From Octopus vulgaris (taxonomy: Eukaryota), in the NCBI GenBank assembly GCA_951406725.2, contig OX597815.1, positions 186,930,001-186,994,000 of the forward strand: a DNA stretch of 64,000 bases, given 5' to 3'. This document shows positions 24,429-38,163 of the stretch, piece after piece; position 1 is the first letter of the stretch; each line of letters starts with the position of its first letter. The notes under the pieces were generated by a model that saw only the letters and a program-made list of their open reading frames with translations, was not told the origin of the DNA and did no database searches. Position numbers and translations under genes: made by a program.

Positions 24429-26247
24429 GCACACGTGTGTTAAAAGAAGTGTATTGATATATAGAAATGAACAACATAAATACGATAGAAAATGCCAAGT
24501 TGATGGCGTCAAGATTAGTAAACTGGAAGCCTCGTGTAGGAGATTATGAAGCTTCGTTTGTTGGGTGTAAATGCATAACGTTATGGAAACATTACAATAT
24601 CAAAAACCGAAATATTTAGCACGATTCCAAGTTTGAAGTTAAAGAATAAAGAAACAGATGCATAGAATACACTTCTTTTTGGTTTACTCATTACGACGTC
24701 CTTTGAACTTTCAGTCAGTGGTAATCATGTATAGCAGTATATCATCCTTCTTCGAAACCATCAGCATAACATAACCTGACATAGGAGGAATTACAACCGT
24801 GTTCCGTGGTCTGCTACCACAACAGCTCCTTTATAGGATCCAGTTAGCTCGAGACATCATCAGGAGGAACCACGTCCGGTTTCGCGCCCTACTCCTCTAC
24901 CGTTTTGACGTGGGCCCCCCCCCCTCTTTCGGAGGTGTCTTCTTTCTTCTGTTCCCTGGCCTCTTCGATGTATCGTCAGCGAGTGTCAGCCGGTGACTGA
25001 CTGACTTGTCAAATTTTTCCCTTTAAGATATTAATTAGATATTTTGTGATCGAAGCATTTTTTTATGGCGGAAAATAATTTGTCTGGATGAAATTTATGG
25101 AATGTAGGTTTTTCCCTTTCGTTGTTACACATATATATTATACTATATTATATTAATATATATATATATATATTAAATTGACATATTTTATCGTTTCATA
25201 TCAGTATATTTTCACACTTCCATAACGAAATCTCTTAAAACTGTAATCCTACAAACGACATTCTGTGTTTACTCATTTTTAACGTCGCCATCTCGCCATA
25301 TTTTTTCTACCGCATCTGTTTGCATCATTCATTTCATTACCTCCATAGCTCCTATAAATGCGTGAGTGTGCGCGTGTTTTTGTGTGTATACGCGTGTGTA
25401 TGTGCGTGAAGGCAGACGTACGTATCCATATATTATCAGTAATACCATTCCATGACCATATTTTAAAATATATCGGCTGTCTTTCAGCCTTGGCGTATAA
25501 TTGCTAAGCAGGAAATACTCATGCGTAAACTCGTACTCCTTTCCCTCGCTTCCCCTTCCCAATCCCATCACACATCATAACTATATTTTATTCTTATCCA
25601 TATTTTCTTTGGTTTGTATTTTTCATCCTCATAACTATTTCTTAATCTTTTATCCTTAACTTTTCATAACTACTTTTCTGTTTCATTTTCTTCCCTAATT
25701 TTTAAACGCAAATTCACAGCAATTACCGTAGAGAAAAAAAGCACTGGGTAAATATGATTTTTTTTTTTTTACACCTTTTTACCATAAGAGAGAATTTTTT
25801 TTTTTCTCCACGGGGACTTCAGTGAATTTGCCTTTAGAAGTTAAAATATGTCGCAAACATATTTCGACTTTCCTAAACTTCGTTCATTCTTCATCATTGA
25901 TTGATTCTGATGCTACTGTTTTTATTCCGACCAAGTGGCCCACGAACGCAACTCAGTCACTGATACTGATTGTTTTCAGATAAAAGAACGGTTTTTAAAT
26001 CTGCCCAGAGTTATCTCTCTTCAGCATTTCCCACTGGAAAAGGCTAAAGAGCCAGAAACGCACGTTGTCTAAGAATCCACTAGAGGGAAGCACTGAGCAG
26101 ATATGGTGCTTTCATACCTTTTACCATAAGAGAGAATTTTTTCTCCTCAGTAACTGCAGTGAATATGTTACAAACGTATTTTAACTAACCTAAAGTTCGT
26201 TTGTTCTTTACCAATTGCTTGTTGCTGATGTGGCTATATATATATAT

Positions 26248-26420
26248 ACACGGTAACCCCTCGCCATATCACGGTCCACCTATCGCACACTCAGTACATT
26301 GCGGATTTTTCCGGCTTATATATGTAAATTTATATTGCGGACTCCTCAGCATATCGCGGGTTTCTGCGGCCGATAGGTACTTATATTTTTCACCTAAGGG
26401 ACCCTTTTGATACCTCCTCA
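26248..26420 (+). mobile_element. pogo/Tigger-like MITE left end
   Basis: TA-CACGGTAACCCCTCGCCATATCACGG followed by repeated ATCGCGG/TTGCGGA subterminal motifs. Confidence 0.5.
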
Positions 26421-26540
26421 CATGTATAATTGAGTTTTACGAAGATACTTTTGTTTCAAATCTGGCGATCAGCTTCAAATCAGGCGATCAGTTTGTATCT
26501 TGTCGCCCAGGGTTATATTTGTCCAACCGCCACACTTTTG

Positions 26541-26918
26541 GTACTGAAAATCGAGATCAAACAAGCTTTTGCTAAACGTGTGGTTTCCGTCCACGCTGAG
26601 TTCGCCTTGGGACACCTGCGTTACCGTTTGACAGACGTACCTATTTCTTTACTACCCACAAGGGGCTAAACACAGAGGAGACAAACAAGGACAGACAAAC
26701 GGATTAAGTCGATTATATCGACCCCAGTGCGTAACTGGTACTTATTTAATCGACCCTGAAAGGATGAAAGGCAAAGTCGACCTCGATTGAATTTGAACTC
26801 AGAACGTAACGGCAGACGAAATACAGCTAAGCATTTCGCCCGGCGTGCTAATGTTTCTGCCAGCTCGACCGTTTGACAGACGTACCGCCTCAATTAAACT
26901 CCCCGGCCGACACTGTTC
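26541..26918 (-). pseudogene. 28S rRNA domain V fragment (~135 nt) interrupted by SINE-B
   Basis: With the SINE removed, the minus strand reads GGGGAGTTTAATTGAGGCGGTACGTCTGTCAAACGGTAACGCAGGTGTCCCAAGGCGAACTCAG..GCAAAAGCTTGTTTGATCTCGATTTTCAGTAC, matching conserved eukaryotic LSU sequence as I recall it. Confidence 0.88.
26642..26867 (-). mobile_element. SINE-B with 19-bp TSD
   Basis: TSD ACCGTTTGACAGACGTACC at 26623-26641 and 26868-26886. Confidence 0.92.
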
Positions 26919-26944
26919 TCGCCAAAGGGTATCGTAGTCATTCT

Positions 26945-27545
26945 TTTAGTATCCTAGTCACAACACCGATATTTTAATCATCAGTTATCTGTTCAGTACA
27001 GAAAATGCTACAAAATACCTTCCCTAATGCTCTTGCAGTTTTTCTGTCTTTCGGATTTCTTCTGCAGTTAATATCTAATCCAGAATCTTTTCTGATTTAT
27101 AAATATTCAAGGCCTCTTGCTATTTCTTCAGTTGATATTTCATGCACATCCACTTCCAGCTCCTTTTATGACTCTGGAATTATCAAAGTAGTTCTCCTAT
27201 TAAACGTCTTTCTCGTAACAGTATTAAAATGTCCTTCCCACCTTTCTTGAACATTTACATTAGATGTTATTACATTCCCCCGTTATTACTAAACACAACT
27301 AGTCTTTTTGATCTCTTTACTTCGCCCATGATTTCCTTTATTATTTCATTTTAGCATTTCTCTCGCAGATCCATCAAATCCAGAATGCTTTCCAGTTTGT
27401 TTTTTTTTTAATTGCTTAACAGCACTTGCTTCTTCTTCATCAGATATTCCATGTACAGCCACTTGCATTTCCTCTAGAGATCAGGAATTATCAGAGCATT
27501 TCTTCTCTTAAATGCCTTGTTCACGACTATGTTAAAATGGTTTTT
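26945..27545 (-). pseudogene. old RTE-like LINE remnant (EN-RT linker) with internal duplication
   Basis: Minus peptides GNVITSNVNVQERWEGHF, EISTEEIARGL..RKDSGLD and LGKVFCSIFCTEQITDD*; a similar segment recurs at 27360-27545. Confidence 0.55.
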
Positions 27546-29817
27546 TCCATCTTCCTTGTGTGTTTATGTCAGATGCTGGTTTCCCCCATCAATACTTAAC
27601 ACCGGTAGTTATTTTCATCTCTTTACTTAGCCTGTAATCTGATTTATTATTTCAGAAGCATTTGTAATTCCTATATTGCCCCCCACTTTGCGTAATTGTC
27701 CAATGTTATGAGAACTAATTGCAGCCAAATTTAAACTCCTCATAGAGAATTAATAGCTATTACAGCAGCAAGCCAAAGAACCAGGCTTCAGCAGTTCAAC
27801 AGTGATTTTGAAAATAAGAACCAAAGGATTTAAAGGCAACGTCGATCTCGGCGGAATATGAACTCAGAATGTAAACACGGATGAAATGATGCTAAGCATT
27901 TTGTGCGGCGCGCTAACAACTCTGCCAACTCGCAACCTTAATAATGATAATAACGATGATGATGATGATGATGAAACCGGGAGACATTTAACGAGACACT
28001 TCTTAACTGCTACAAAAAATATTCATTACTACAGATTAAATAACGATTCAAATCGAAAACAAATTGCTAAAATTTTGAAAGAAAACTGCAAATTATACTA
28101 GTAAAATTAATATTTCATAAATGTTCCTATGGGCCGAATTTCGGATAATACGCGTAAGCAAAGTTAATAATAAAAAAAAGATGCATCAATACAGGATCCA
28201 CATAAAAATTGTAATACAATTAAAAACCGTGTCATTCAGCACAAGAATAAAACAGAAACTCTTACATTGAGCTTGGACGAATGGGAACGCGTAAAACTAG
28301 ACATCGCTGGAAATAAATAAGCCTCAGCCTTAACGAAAATCATGGCAGTCTAAATAAAAAGCCGGACCTTGTACCCGCAAGACTCGCAAATAAAGCCAAT
28401 GAAGTTACAAATGGAGACGAGAGGAATACGCTGCAAGTCTATATGCATATTTTACAACTACACTCCACCCTAAGAAGCTACGGTTATTTTTTTACATAAT
28501 ATATAGAGAGAAAATATCCCTGATATAAAAGTAACTTTAGCCATGATTCCATATCGCAATAGACTGCTTGAGAAAATTCAATCTCGAAACCAACAAAATA
28601 AAAAATATATAACAAAAGAAATAACAAAGAATAAAAACAACAAAAATATATAAAACATTTGAAAGCGTAAACCCGGAGGACAGACCTTACACGTGCAAAA
28701 TAAATTAAGTAAGGAACAAACTCGATAAAACCGAGGTCTATTACACCTGAAGAATATTAATCAAACAAAGACAAAACAAAACTAACACATAGCTATTAAA
28801 TGTAATGTGAAAATTTAACAAAAAGAAGTTGTTAAGGAAATCGTGAGGAATGAAATTCAATAAAATTTCCTCCTACGGATCAACGAAAGTAGCTTCCAAG
28901 TATAAAACTCAACCTGTAAATAGGAGAAACAGTATAAAAGAGAAAAAAAAGGTAAACCTGGCCATCGCAGACTTAATGAAAATGAACACAAAGATCAATT
29001 TCGGAAGGTTAAATGAAGTAATATATCCGAAAACTATTATATTTACAAGGAAAAGTGGATATTGCCCTGGATCAACTCATGCAGGAATATCAAATCTCGT
29101 AAAAATAATATGGTAAGCAAATATACAGAAATGGATAGAAAATGAAAAAAAAAAAAATCTCTCTCCATCATTAATGAAATCAATAACGAAAATGCAAAAG
29201 GGAGAAAAAGAGAACCAAAAGAAATGGTAAATACATACCCGAAATCAAAGAACGCATGAAACACAAGACCCTGCTGTCAAAAGAATGATGCCATTTTACG
29301 ACAGTTAAAAGCTTATCGGAGTCAGAAGTCATATTGAAAAATCTAACAGCAGTAAATTACACGTGCTGTTCGAATAAAGGTTTTTATAGTCACAGAAGAA
29401 CATTGGTCGACATAGTAATATATATTTTACGGTCTAGGCTTTAGGTGTCGGCTGGTAATTGATTTTCAGATCTGTCAGAGATGTGTCACTATGTAGTGGA
29501 CTACGGGAAAAGGTTGATGCAGCAAGCTAGAACAATACTGCTTATGTCTTGGATAAAGGACAAGGACAGAATTTTGAATGATAAAAAAATTCACTATATA
29601 TGACGTATTCTCTAGCCTTTACTTTGTAATAACCCTTGCAAGTTCTACACACACACACACAAACACACATACACAGACACATATACATATACATACAAAC
29701 AGATATACATACATAGTGTTCATAAGTGACATGCACGAAACTCTAAGCCCTACATTAGCTTTAAAGCTACAGAAGCTGTAAGGCTAACGTAGCTTTACAG
29801 CAGCTAAAGAAACGTGT

Positions 29818-29876
<59 letters not shown>

Positions 29877-30099
29877 ATAGTTGTCGAAAAATTCACATGA
29901 AAAAAAGTTCATATATCAAGTAATAGAGTGTGTACACTAGTATTTCTAATATAACTACCAGAAAGACCGCCCTCCGGGAGGTTTTTTGCTCGTTGCTGAA
30001 TTTTATTTACACGTTTGATTCCCAGTGTTTCTAAATTTTCTAAGTTACATCTAATTTTTCTTTGAATCCTTTATCATTCGCTCAGTAAATTAATGGCAT

Positions 30100-30474
30100 G
30101 ACTGCAGAAATGCTCCCCGCCGAATTTGTTTCCACATAACTTTCTAAATAATGGATATTTATTAAAGTTTCTACAAATACTTTTCTGATGATGCAGAATA
30201 CAATTGTATAGAAATTCATGGTGAAAGACCATTTTGGAAGAGGAGTTTCGGATCACTTACACGCCTCAATTTTATTTCCTCATAGCTTTCAGAAAAAACT
30301 GGTATTTTTTAATGAAATGTAGTGGCTGTGTGGTAAGTAGCTTGCTAACCAACCACATGGTTCTGGGTTCAGTCCCACTGCGTGGCATCTTGGGCAAGTG
30401 TCTTCTGCTATAGCCTCGGGCCGACCAATGCCTTGTGAGTGGATTTGGTAGACGGAAACTGAAAGAAGCCCGTC

Positions 30475-30521
<47 letters not shown>

Positions 30522-31282
30522 TGTTTGTGTATATGTTTGTGTGTCTGTGTTTGTCCCCCCAACATTGCTTGACAAACGATGCTGGTGTGTTTATGTCCCC
30601 GTTACTTAGCGGTTCAGCAAAAGAGACCGATAGAATAAGTACTGGGCTTACAAAGAATAAGTCCCGGGGTTGATTTGCTCGATTAAAGGCGGTGCTCCAG
30701 CATGGCCGCAGTCAAATGACTGAAACAAGTAAAAGAGTAAAAGAGTAAGAGTATATAATTTCCAGATCACGATTACATAGGAATTTTATGTGGAAAAAAA
30801 TGGTGAGGAGACGGATATTCCACGCATCTCGACCTTTGGTGATTTTAATTAGAATTACGTTGGGGAAAAAATCACTTTTGAGATCCGTGATATTTCTAAC
30901 ATGCGAAACGACCACAAGAGGCGGACCACCTTTGAATTTGTTTAAAACAGAGAGAGATTAATATTACGCTAAAATAATGAAAGAAACATGCGCTCTATAA
31001 TTAGAGTTAGTTTTGCACAGCCCTTTCAACAAGGATTTCTTTAAGAGAATTTCCGGTAAAGTGTAGAATAGTCCTCAAAAGTTGTTTTTTTTTTCAACAT
31101 ACTTGTAATTCGATCATTAGAACGAATCGAGAAAACAAAGTCGAGATGGTGAAATCTCTCCCTCCCAATTTTCTATGTAATCGTAATCTATTCTATGTAA
31201 AAGATGTTTGTAGAAAATTTCATTAAAACATTCTTCAGTAAAATATGAGGAAACAAATTTGGGGGTGGAGCACCTTTTGTAG
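30100..31282. mobile_element. ancient long-TIR element, with SINE-A nested at 30320-30750
   Basis: 30101-30195 is a diverged reverse complement of 31190-31282. Confidence 0.5.
30320..30750 (+). mobile_element. SINE-A
   Basis: Near full-length match to 7116-7570. Confidence 0.9.
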
Positions 31283-31589
31283 AAAAAAATCAACTGACGT
31301 AAGTAAATTAAAACCGCTTTACTTATTCAGCTTGCCATTCCTTCAATGGCAACTTACAAATATGAAAGGATATCAGAATCAACATAATTTGGCTAACGCT
31401 GAATTAAACTTTTAATTTGTAGTAGAAAGAAGCGCTACAAATATTTGGGCAACCTTTATATTTGCAACAGTAAAAACAGACGTTAAAAAACACTACACCG
31501 CAGTAAATTGAAAATGTGATTGAAGCGTGTAGAATCTTCAAAACCGCATTTTGATTTTTTTTAAATATGTTAAAACTGGAATTCTTTGC

Positions 31590-32185
31590 AGACGCCACGA
31601 AAACTTACAGGGGTTGGGCTGGGAAGTTTTACCGCACTTCCATATTTGCCCGACCTTGCGCTTTCAGATTTTCAGCTGTTCCGGTCTGTCCTAAATTCAA
31701 TGAATGGACAGACCTTCAATTCTGAAGAGGATGTAAAAATTCACCTAGAAGTGTTTTTTACCAGTAAGAACAAGATTTCTTTGAGCAGAAAATAAAGGGT
31801 CTACCCACAAGATGACAGAAGATACTGGAACGAAACGATAATTATACCTGTTTCTTTACTACCCACTAGGGGCCAAACACAGAGGGGGCAAACAAGGACA
31901 GACAAACGGATTAAGTCGATTACATCGACCCCAGTGCGTAACTGGTACCTATTTAATCGACCCTCAAAGGATAAAAGGCAAAGTCGACCTCGGCGGAATT
32001 TGAACTCAGAACGTAACGGCAGACGAAATACGGCTACGCATTTCGCACGGCGTGCTAACGATTCTGCCAGCTCGCCGCCTTAAACGATAATTATACCATT
32101 GATAGAATAACTCGCTTTGTGTTTAAAACTTGTCTTTTATTTTCGCTTTAAAAAAAAGGAACTGAGGTTTTTTGCCAAACTAATA
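31590..32185 (+). mobile_element. mariner 3' half interrupted by SINE-B
   Basis: PYLPDLALSDFQLFRSVLNSMNGQTFNSEEDVK (YSPDLAPSD motif); TIR-like end ttttgccaaactaata. Confidence 0.85.
31849..32081 (-). mobile_element. SINE-B with 16-bp TSD
   Basis: TSD AAACGATAATTATACC at 31833-31848 and 32082-32097. Confidence 0.92.
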
Positions 32186-32527
32186 ATTAAAAAATTGAAT
32201 GCCGATCCTTAGATAGAGTTTTTTTCTAAATATGAAATTAAATTGTCATGCTTTCAAATTCTGCTCCATTTCCATGCCAATGGAGTCCTCCTTTCTAAAT
32301 TATATTGGCAACTCACCAATAAGATTTTTCTCATAAGCTCTGAAGAAACTAAAAAATGAGTGAAACGAATTTCTTAACGTCGTATCAATAAATAGATATT
32401 TTAAGACTCAACTTCTGTAAGGGCTAAGGTCTTTATTTGGCTTGTGACTAAGGTCGTTCCCACGAAAAGAAAAACATGTCCTAAGCAAATGGATGAATGA
32501 ATGGACAAGCGGACAGACAGACATACG

Positions 32528-32600
<73 letters not shown>

Positions 32601-32827
32601 CAGACAGACAGGCAAACAGACAGACAGGCAGACAGACAGACAGACAGACAGACAGATAGCCAGATGAGCCTACAATAACCTGCTGGCACTAGCCGAGCTA
32701 CTCTTAAGTTTGTCCTGCAGAAGAGAACTCTATGATTTAGCTATATAGTTTATAGAGTGAGGCTAAATAAACATTTATCAAAAGTACGCATATAAACTTA
32801 TTGACAATTTATATCTATATTTTATTA

Positions 32828-32888
<61 letters not shown>

Positions 32889-32948
32889 TGACCGCTAAAT
32901 CCAGAAGTTTTTTCTTAATTCTCTCTCTTTGTTTATTTCATTGTGTTC

Positions 32949-32984
32949 CTTTCTGTTGAAGAGCATAGGCTCGAAACGTAAAAG
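32949..32984 (+). ncRNA. minimal hammerhead, U6 core variant, in mini-element ~32886-33030
   Basis: cttt-CTGTTGA-a-gagc(atag)gctc-GAAA-cg-TA-aaag; (TA)n on both sides of the element. Confidence 0.65.
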
Positions 32985-33826
32985 ACTTTCTCGCCTTCCC
33001 GAGCGTCAAACTAATACACCTGTCTTCAACTATATATGTATATATATATATATATATATATTATAAGCGGGTTGACCACTAAGTGGACATCCATTATGCT
33101 AGAAATAGACCCCTTATGGTCTTACCACTAAGAAACGATTGTTCTCAAGAAAATCTAAAATTTAAATTCATATATATATATAGACACATAATGAAAAAAA
33201 GAAGACAAGGAAAATTCTTTAACACAATTGTTTCCGTACCCTCTCCAGTTTACGCGAAAATGCTAAATGAAAAATCACGTAATATTTGCGGTTTTAGACA
33301 TTAGAGAGGCACTTCATCAGACTTGGATCAAAGCTGTATTTTTACCCGAGAGTACTGATAGCCCAGTATTCGGGTCGGGTGCTTCTCTGGAAATACCCCA
33401 ACTTCCCACCCCACCTGACCTTAGTGTGTATGTGTGTGTGTGTGTAATTAACTGTGAGATCCAAGGCCCTAAGTGTAGGAAGTTTGTAAGGTTCGAGCAG
33501 TCCATGGTAGGTAAGAATAAACAATGTACAGGAACAAAAATAATTTATTAGCATCGAAGGTCGAAGGTTGTAGGCTTTTGCAGATCGAAGTTCGATAAGC
33601 TGAAAAGTTTTGTGTATAGCTCACGGTTAGCAACTAGAGTTGCTATGAATGCGAATAAAAGTCCAAAATGATGAAGCAGAAAAGGTAAATTCCAGGCTAG
33701 AAAAGGTAAGTTCCCAGAAAACATATGTACCTGGATTTTACTGCTTCACTCTCTCAATTTGGACATACACATATACATGCATGCATAAATACATGTATAC
33801 ATATGTACGTACGTACATATATACGT

Positions 33827-33898
<72 letters not shown>

Positions 33899-34477
33899 AA
33901 GCCAACTATATATGCGTCGAGACAGTCAAATAAAATATGTCTCATAACGGACACATTTTGTTTCTGCAAACGTACAGCACTAGTAAAAGTGCTACCCGAA
34001 ACTTTATCAATTGAAAAATAACTAAATAAGATAAACTACTTATACACTCGCACTAGAACAAAATCAAGAAACTTCATAAAACTCTAACTTCTCAAATTTA
34101 TGTAAAGTTTTCAGTGCAGAGTGCATCAATAAGTATAGAATTAGAGTTGGCTGCTATACTAAAAGCAACTGATATAACTATTTCTCAGAATAAACGAGGA
34201 ATATTTTCTTTGAAGCAAGAAATTTACGAGAATCTGCAGTGGACTGGATCCAATGCTATATATATTATTATACATACTCTGCCTAAATTTCAAAGCACAT
34301 TTCAAGCCCTATATATTAAAGTAAAATATATTTTACTTTAATAAATGCCTTGAAATGTTTGTTATTCAGTTAGTACAGAACTGAAACCAGTTCACTGTGC
34401 ATTCTTGCGTCTAAATGATTTACTAGTACATTTGAAGAACAAAGTTACACACACACATGTATATGTGTGTGTATATA

Positions 34478-34508
<31 letters not shown>

Positions 34509-34619
34509 GTTGAGGTAGATACAGACAGACGGTCAGAGAGATGCATGCATACGGGTATATATGGATATAATAAATGTAGTTGTATACATAAAATTATGTA
34601 TACGCACATATATTCGTTT

Positions 34620-34817
34620 ATTATTTTACTTCTTTCTGTCATTTGACTGCGGCCATGCTGGAGCACCGCCTTAAATGGTTTTAGTCGGAGAAATCGACCC
34701 CGGGGCTTATTCTTTGTAAGCCTAGTACTTATTCTATCAATCTCTTTTGCCGAACCGCTAAGACACGGAAACAAACACACCAGCATCGGTTGTCAAGCGA
34801 CGGCGGGGGGACTAACA

Positions 34818-34853
<36 letters not shown>

Positions 34854-35181
34854 TAAATATATACATATATATATATAAGAATTTTTACGTAATGAGATAA
34901 AAAAAAACCAAGGCTGTGTAGATAGAACATTTATAGATAGGTCTTACAGCTGTTTCCAGGATATTTATCAATTATATCCCTTCATCGGAGACGGTGTGAG
35001 AGGATGGTTAAGTAATGGTTAATTTAGATAGGATACAAAATATAGAGTGAAGTGGAGGAAAGAAAATAGATGTGAGATATGTAGGGATATTCAATTTGTA
35101 GATCCATTTTTTTAGGCAGAATGGTATACATGTAAGATTCCAATACCTTATGAGTAAAATCCAACAGAATTTAAAATGGGT

Positions 35182-35229
<48 letters not shown>

Positions 35230-35377
35230 GAAGGGCTTCTTTCAGTTTCCGTCGACCAAATTCACTCAGAAGGCTTTGGTCGGCCCAAAGCTATAATAGT
35301 AGACACTTGCCCAAGGTGCCATGCAGTGGGACTGAACCCGGAACCACGTGGATGGGAAACAAGCTTCTTACCACAGT
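34620..35377 (-). mobile_element. SINE-A split by a ~300 bp HHR-bearing insert in its internal microsatellite
   Basis: Tail 34620-34830, insert ~34878-35185, head 35228-35377. Confidence 0.75.
34941..34992 (-). ncRNA. type I hammerhead (PLE-type; U4C change)
   Basis: Minus strand: gtct-CCGATGA-a-gggatat..atatcctg-GAAA-cagctg-TA-agac. Confidence 0.65.
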
Positions 35378-35380
35378 CAA

Positions 35381-35446
<66 letters not shown>

Positions 35447-35625
35447 GCATATGTGTGTATCTATATACAGACAGACAGACAGATAAAAAATAGCTTATAT
35501 ATAAGTGCATATATTGCATATATAACTGTATATAACACATAAATGCGTATATATATATATATATATATATGTATAGATGTATTATGTTTATATATAGATT
35601 ATGTAAATATATATATATAATGTAA

Positions 35626-35656
<31 letters not shown>

Positions 35657-35839
35657 GAGAGAGAGAGAGAGAGAGTTTTATGTATGTATTTATGTTTATA
35701 TATATATATATATACAAAATATGTAATCAAGCATCTGGTCAGTGAAAAGACCTGTAGTCAAACAGACCAGCGATCAATAAAGCATTCAAGTGCGCGTAAG
35801 AACTCTCAAAGAATAGTTCTGAAACTTTCTAATCCCATT

Positions 35840-36200
35840 ATATAATGTGATATAATGCCTAAAGAGGGAAAAGGAAGCATTATCTTCCTATTGCCAAAGG
35901 ATGAAGGCTTTCATAACTTGAATAACTATTCATGAATTTCCCTGGTGAACCAAGCTGCGAAATTGCTCAAAAGTGTGTACTAGCGAGAATAAAGTCAATG
36001 ATGGCTATCTCTTTATTCATAATACAAAATGGCTTCCGACCATCTTGAAGCTCTACAGAGCAAATACATGTGTTAAAAGGCATGTAGGAGAATATTATTG
36101 AGTTATCCAGGTTCATTGTTACCGCGTTTATTTCAAGAAAGCATTTGACATTATTAGCTGAAAAGTTATGTTTGAAATACTAAAATATATTGCGGCATTC
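35840..36200 (+). pseudogene. RTE-like reverse transcriptase remnant
   Basis: IMPKEGKGSIIFLLPK, QNGFRPS*SSTEQIHVL and FKKAFDII across frameshifts. Confidence 0.6.
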
Positions 36201-36667
36201 GTAAGAATATTTCTTGCTGTTGAAAGTACGTGGAAAATTACGCAGATCGTGTCGTAATGAATGGTAAGAAAATGAAATAGTTTCCTGCTTGTCAAAGACA
36301 TCTACGAAGAAATATTATTATATCAGGATGTTTTAAGAGCTACAAAAAGATGCGAGGCTTGAAACTGAAACTACATGAAAACTTAGCAATAATAGAATTT
36401 GTATCTGGTATTTCGTTCGTCCATTTCAATACTGATGCAGCCAAAAACAATCTGTGTTGTATTTTAAGACAGACGTCTGTGTATTGGAGAACTTATGGAA
36501 TAAAATTATATCGTATATAGCCACGGACTTTGATGATGTTAATATACTTTTATCTTTTTATTTTGTCTGCCGTTACATTCAGAGTTCGAATTCCGCCGAG
36601 GTCGACTTTGCCTTTCATCCTTTCGGGGTCGATTAAATAAGTATCAGTTTTGCACTGGGGTCGATAT

Positions 36668-38163
36668 ATGCCTTCTGTCCTGGCAAGCTTTCCTTGTCTC
36701 ATTACCATCGCAGCACATTTTGAGAGTCCAAACTCCATCTTAATATCATTGGAGAAAATCCACAGACTGGGCTAGGCTGTCCAGTTCTACCTCATTTTTT
36801 GTGAATAGCTTCAAGTCGTCCATGAATAGCAAGTGGTTTAGTTTTCCTTTACCTCTTCCCAGATCATACCCCAACTTTTTTTTCTGTAGTATTTCATTTA
36901 AGAGGATCATTCCCAGCACGAATATCAGCGGGGGGATACTGTCCCACTGAAAGATTCCTCGCTTGATTTTCACCTCCCCTAATACTTGCTTCCCTGCTGT
37001 CCATTCTGTTCTCCAGCATTTCATGCTATTCCATATAAGGCTTCTTATATTCTCTGCTACTCCATACGTCTCCATTGCTCTTATTATCCAGGAGTGTAGT
37101 ATCATATCGTATGCTTTACGATAATCTAATCCTTCGTTCCCCGGCTCTTTTTTCGGCAACCTTTCTGTTGAATGGTTAGCAGCCTACTTTTTTTCCCAGT
37201 ATCTGTAAAGTTCACCGGCCAGAGCACCTGACATTAGTTTCCACATTAACGGAAGGCATGTTACTGGTCTAAAGTTTGATGCAACATTTCCCTTTTCAGA
37301 ATCCTTGGCATATAACAATATCTTTCCCTTTGTCATCCAGCTATTGTGCTATCTTTTCATGAATCCCTCTCAGCTTCTTCATCCAATAACCTTGGACCCC
37401 ATCCGGTCCTGAGCTCTTCCAATTTGGGAATGTTCTTAACAGCTTTTTTTATCATTTCTGTAGTTATCTTTATGTCTTCTTGGACTTCCATATTTCTTAA
37501 CCTATCTTGGATTTCATGCAGCCACTCTGCTTCATCATTATACTCTGTAGGTTGGTCTTAGATCCCTCTCCAGAATGCCCTGCTTTCCTCTGCATCTGAT
37601 ATCATTGTTATGGGTATTTGCCCACCTAGTTCCTGAAACAATTCTGATTTGCTTCAAGCAATCTGTGTTTTGTTTGAACTGTCTTTTTCTATTGTCATAT
37701 CTTTCCAATTTTGCTTTGATTGCTACTATTCTTTGTTTCAATTCTTCCAATATCACATCATAACCTTTATCTCTTATTCTATATGTTCTTTCAAGCATTA
37801 TTCTTATGCTTTCATTCTGCAATTCCCTTCTTCTCAATCTATCAACTTGTTCTAAATGCCTTTTCAACTTTGTTTATTTCTCACAAATTCTTCTACGCCA
37901 GAATCGCTCTTTACGTTATGTTTGTTCTTTTCTTTTGTATCCAACTCTATCTGCAGCAAACATAGCTGCAGCCCAAATAATCTCATTATTTTCAGATATA
38001 TTTCTCGCCTGGTATATCCCAAGAACCGAATCTATTTTTTCGGTTTCAACTTTGAGCTTGCGTCGATCAATGAACCTCAGACTAATATATCGACAGTGTC
38101 CTCACAATGTCTTGTTGGTCATCATCGTATTCTTGTGATATAACTCTTCCTATTACTTCTGCT
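36668..38163 (-). mobile_element. R4/Dong-clade non-LTR retrotransposon fragment (disrupted RT)
   Basis: ASNFRPVTCLPLMWKL, QQKGCRKKSRGTKD, DYRKAYDMILHSWI, KRGIFQWDSIPPLIF, NHLLFMDDLKLF, MEFGLSKCA; the 5' end abuts a (TAA)/(TGA)n tract. Confidence 0.85.
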
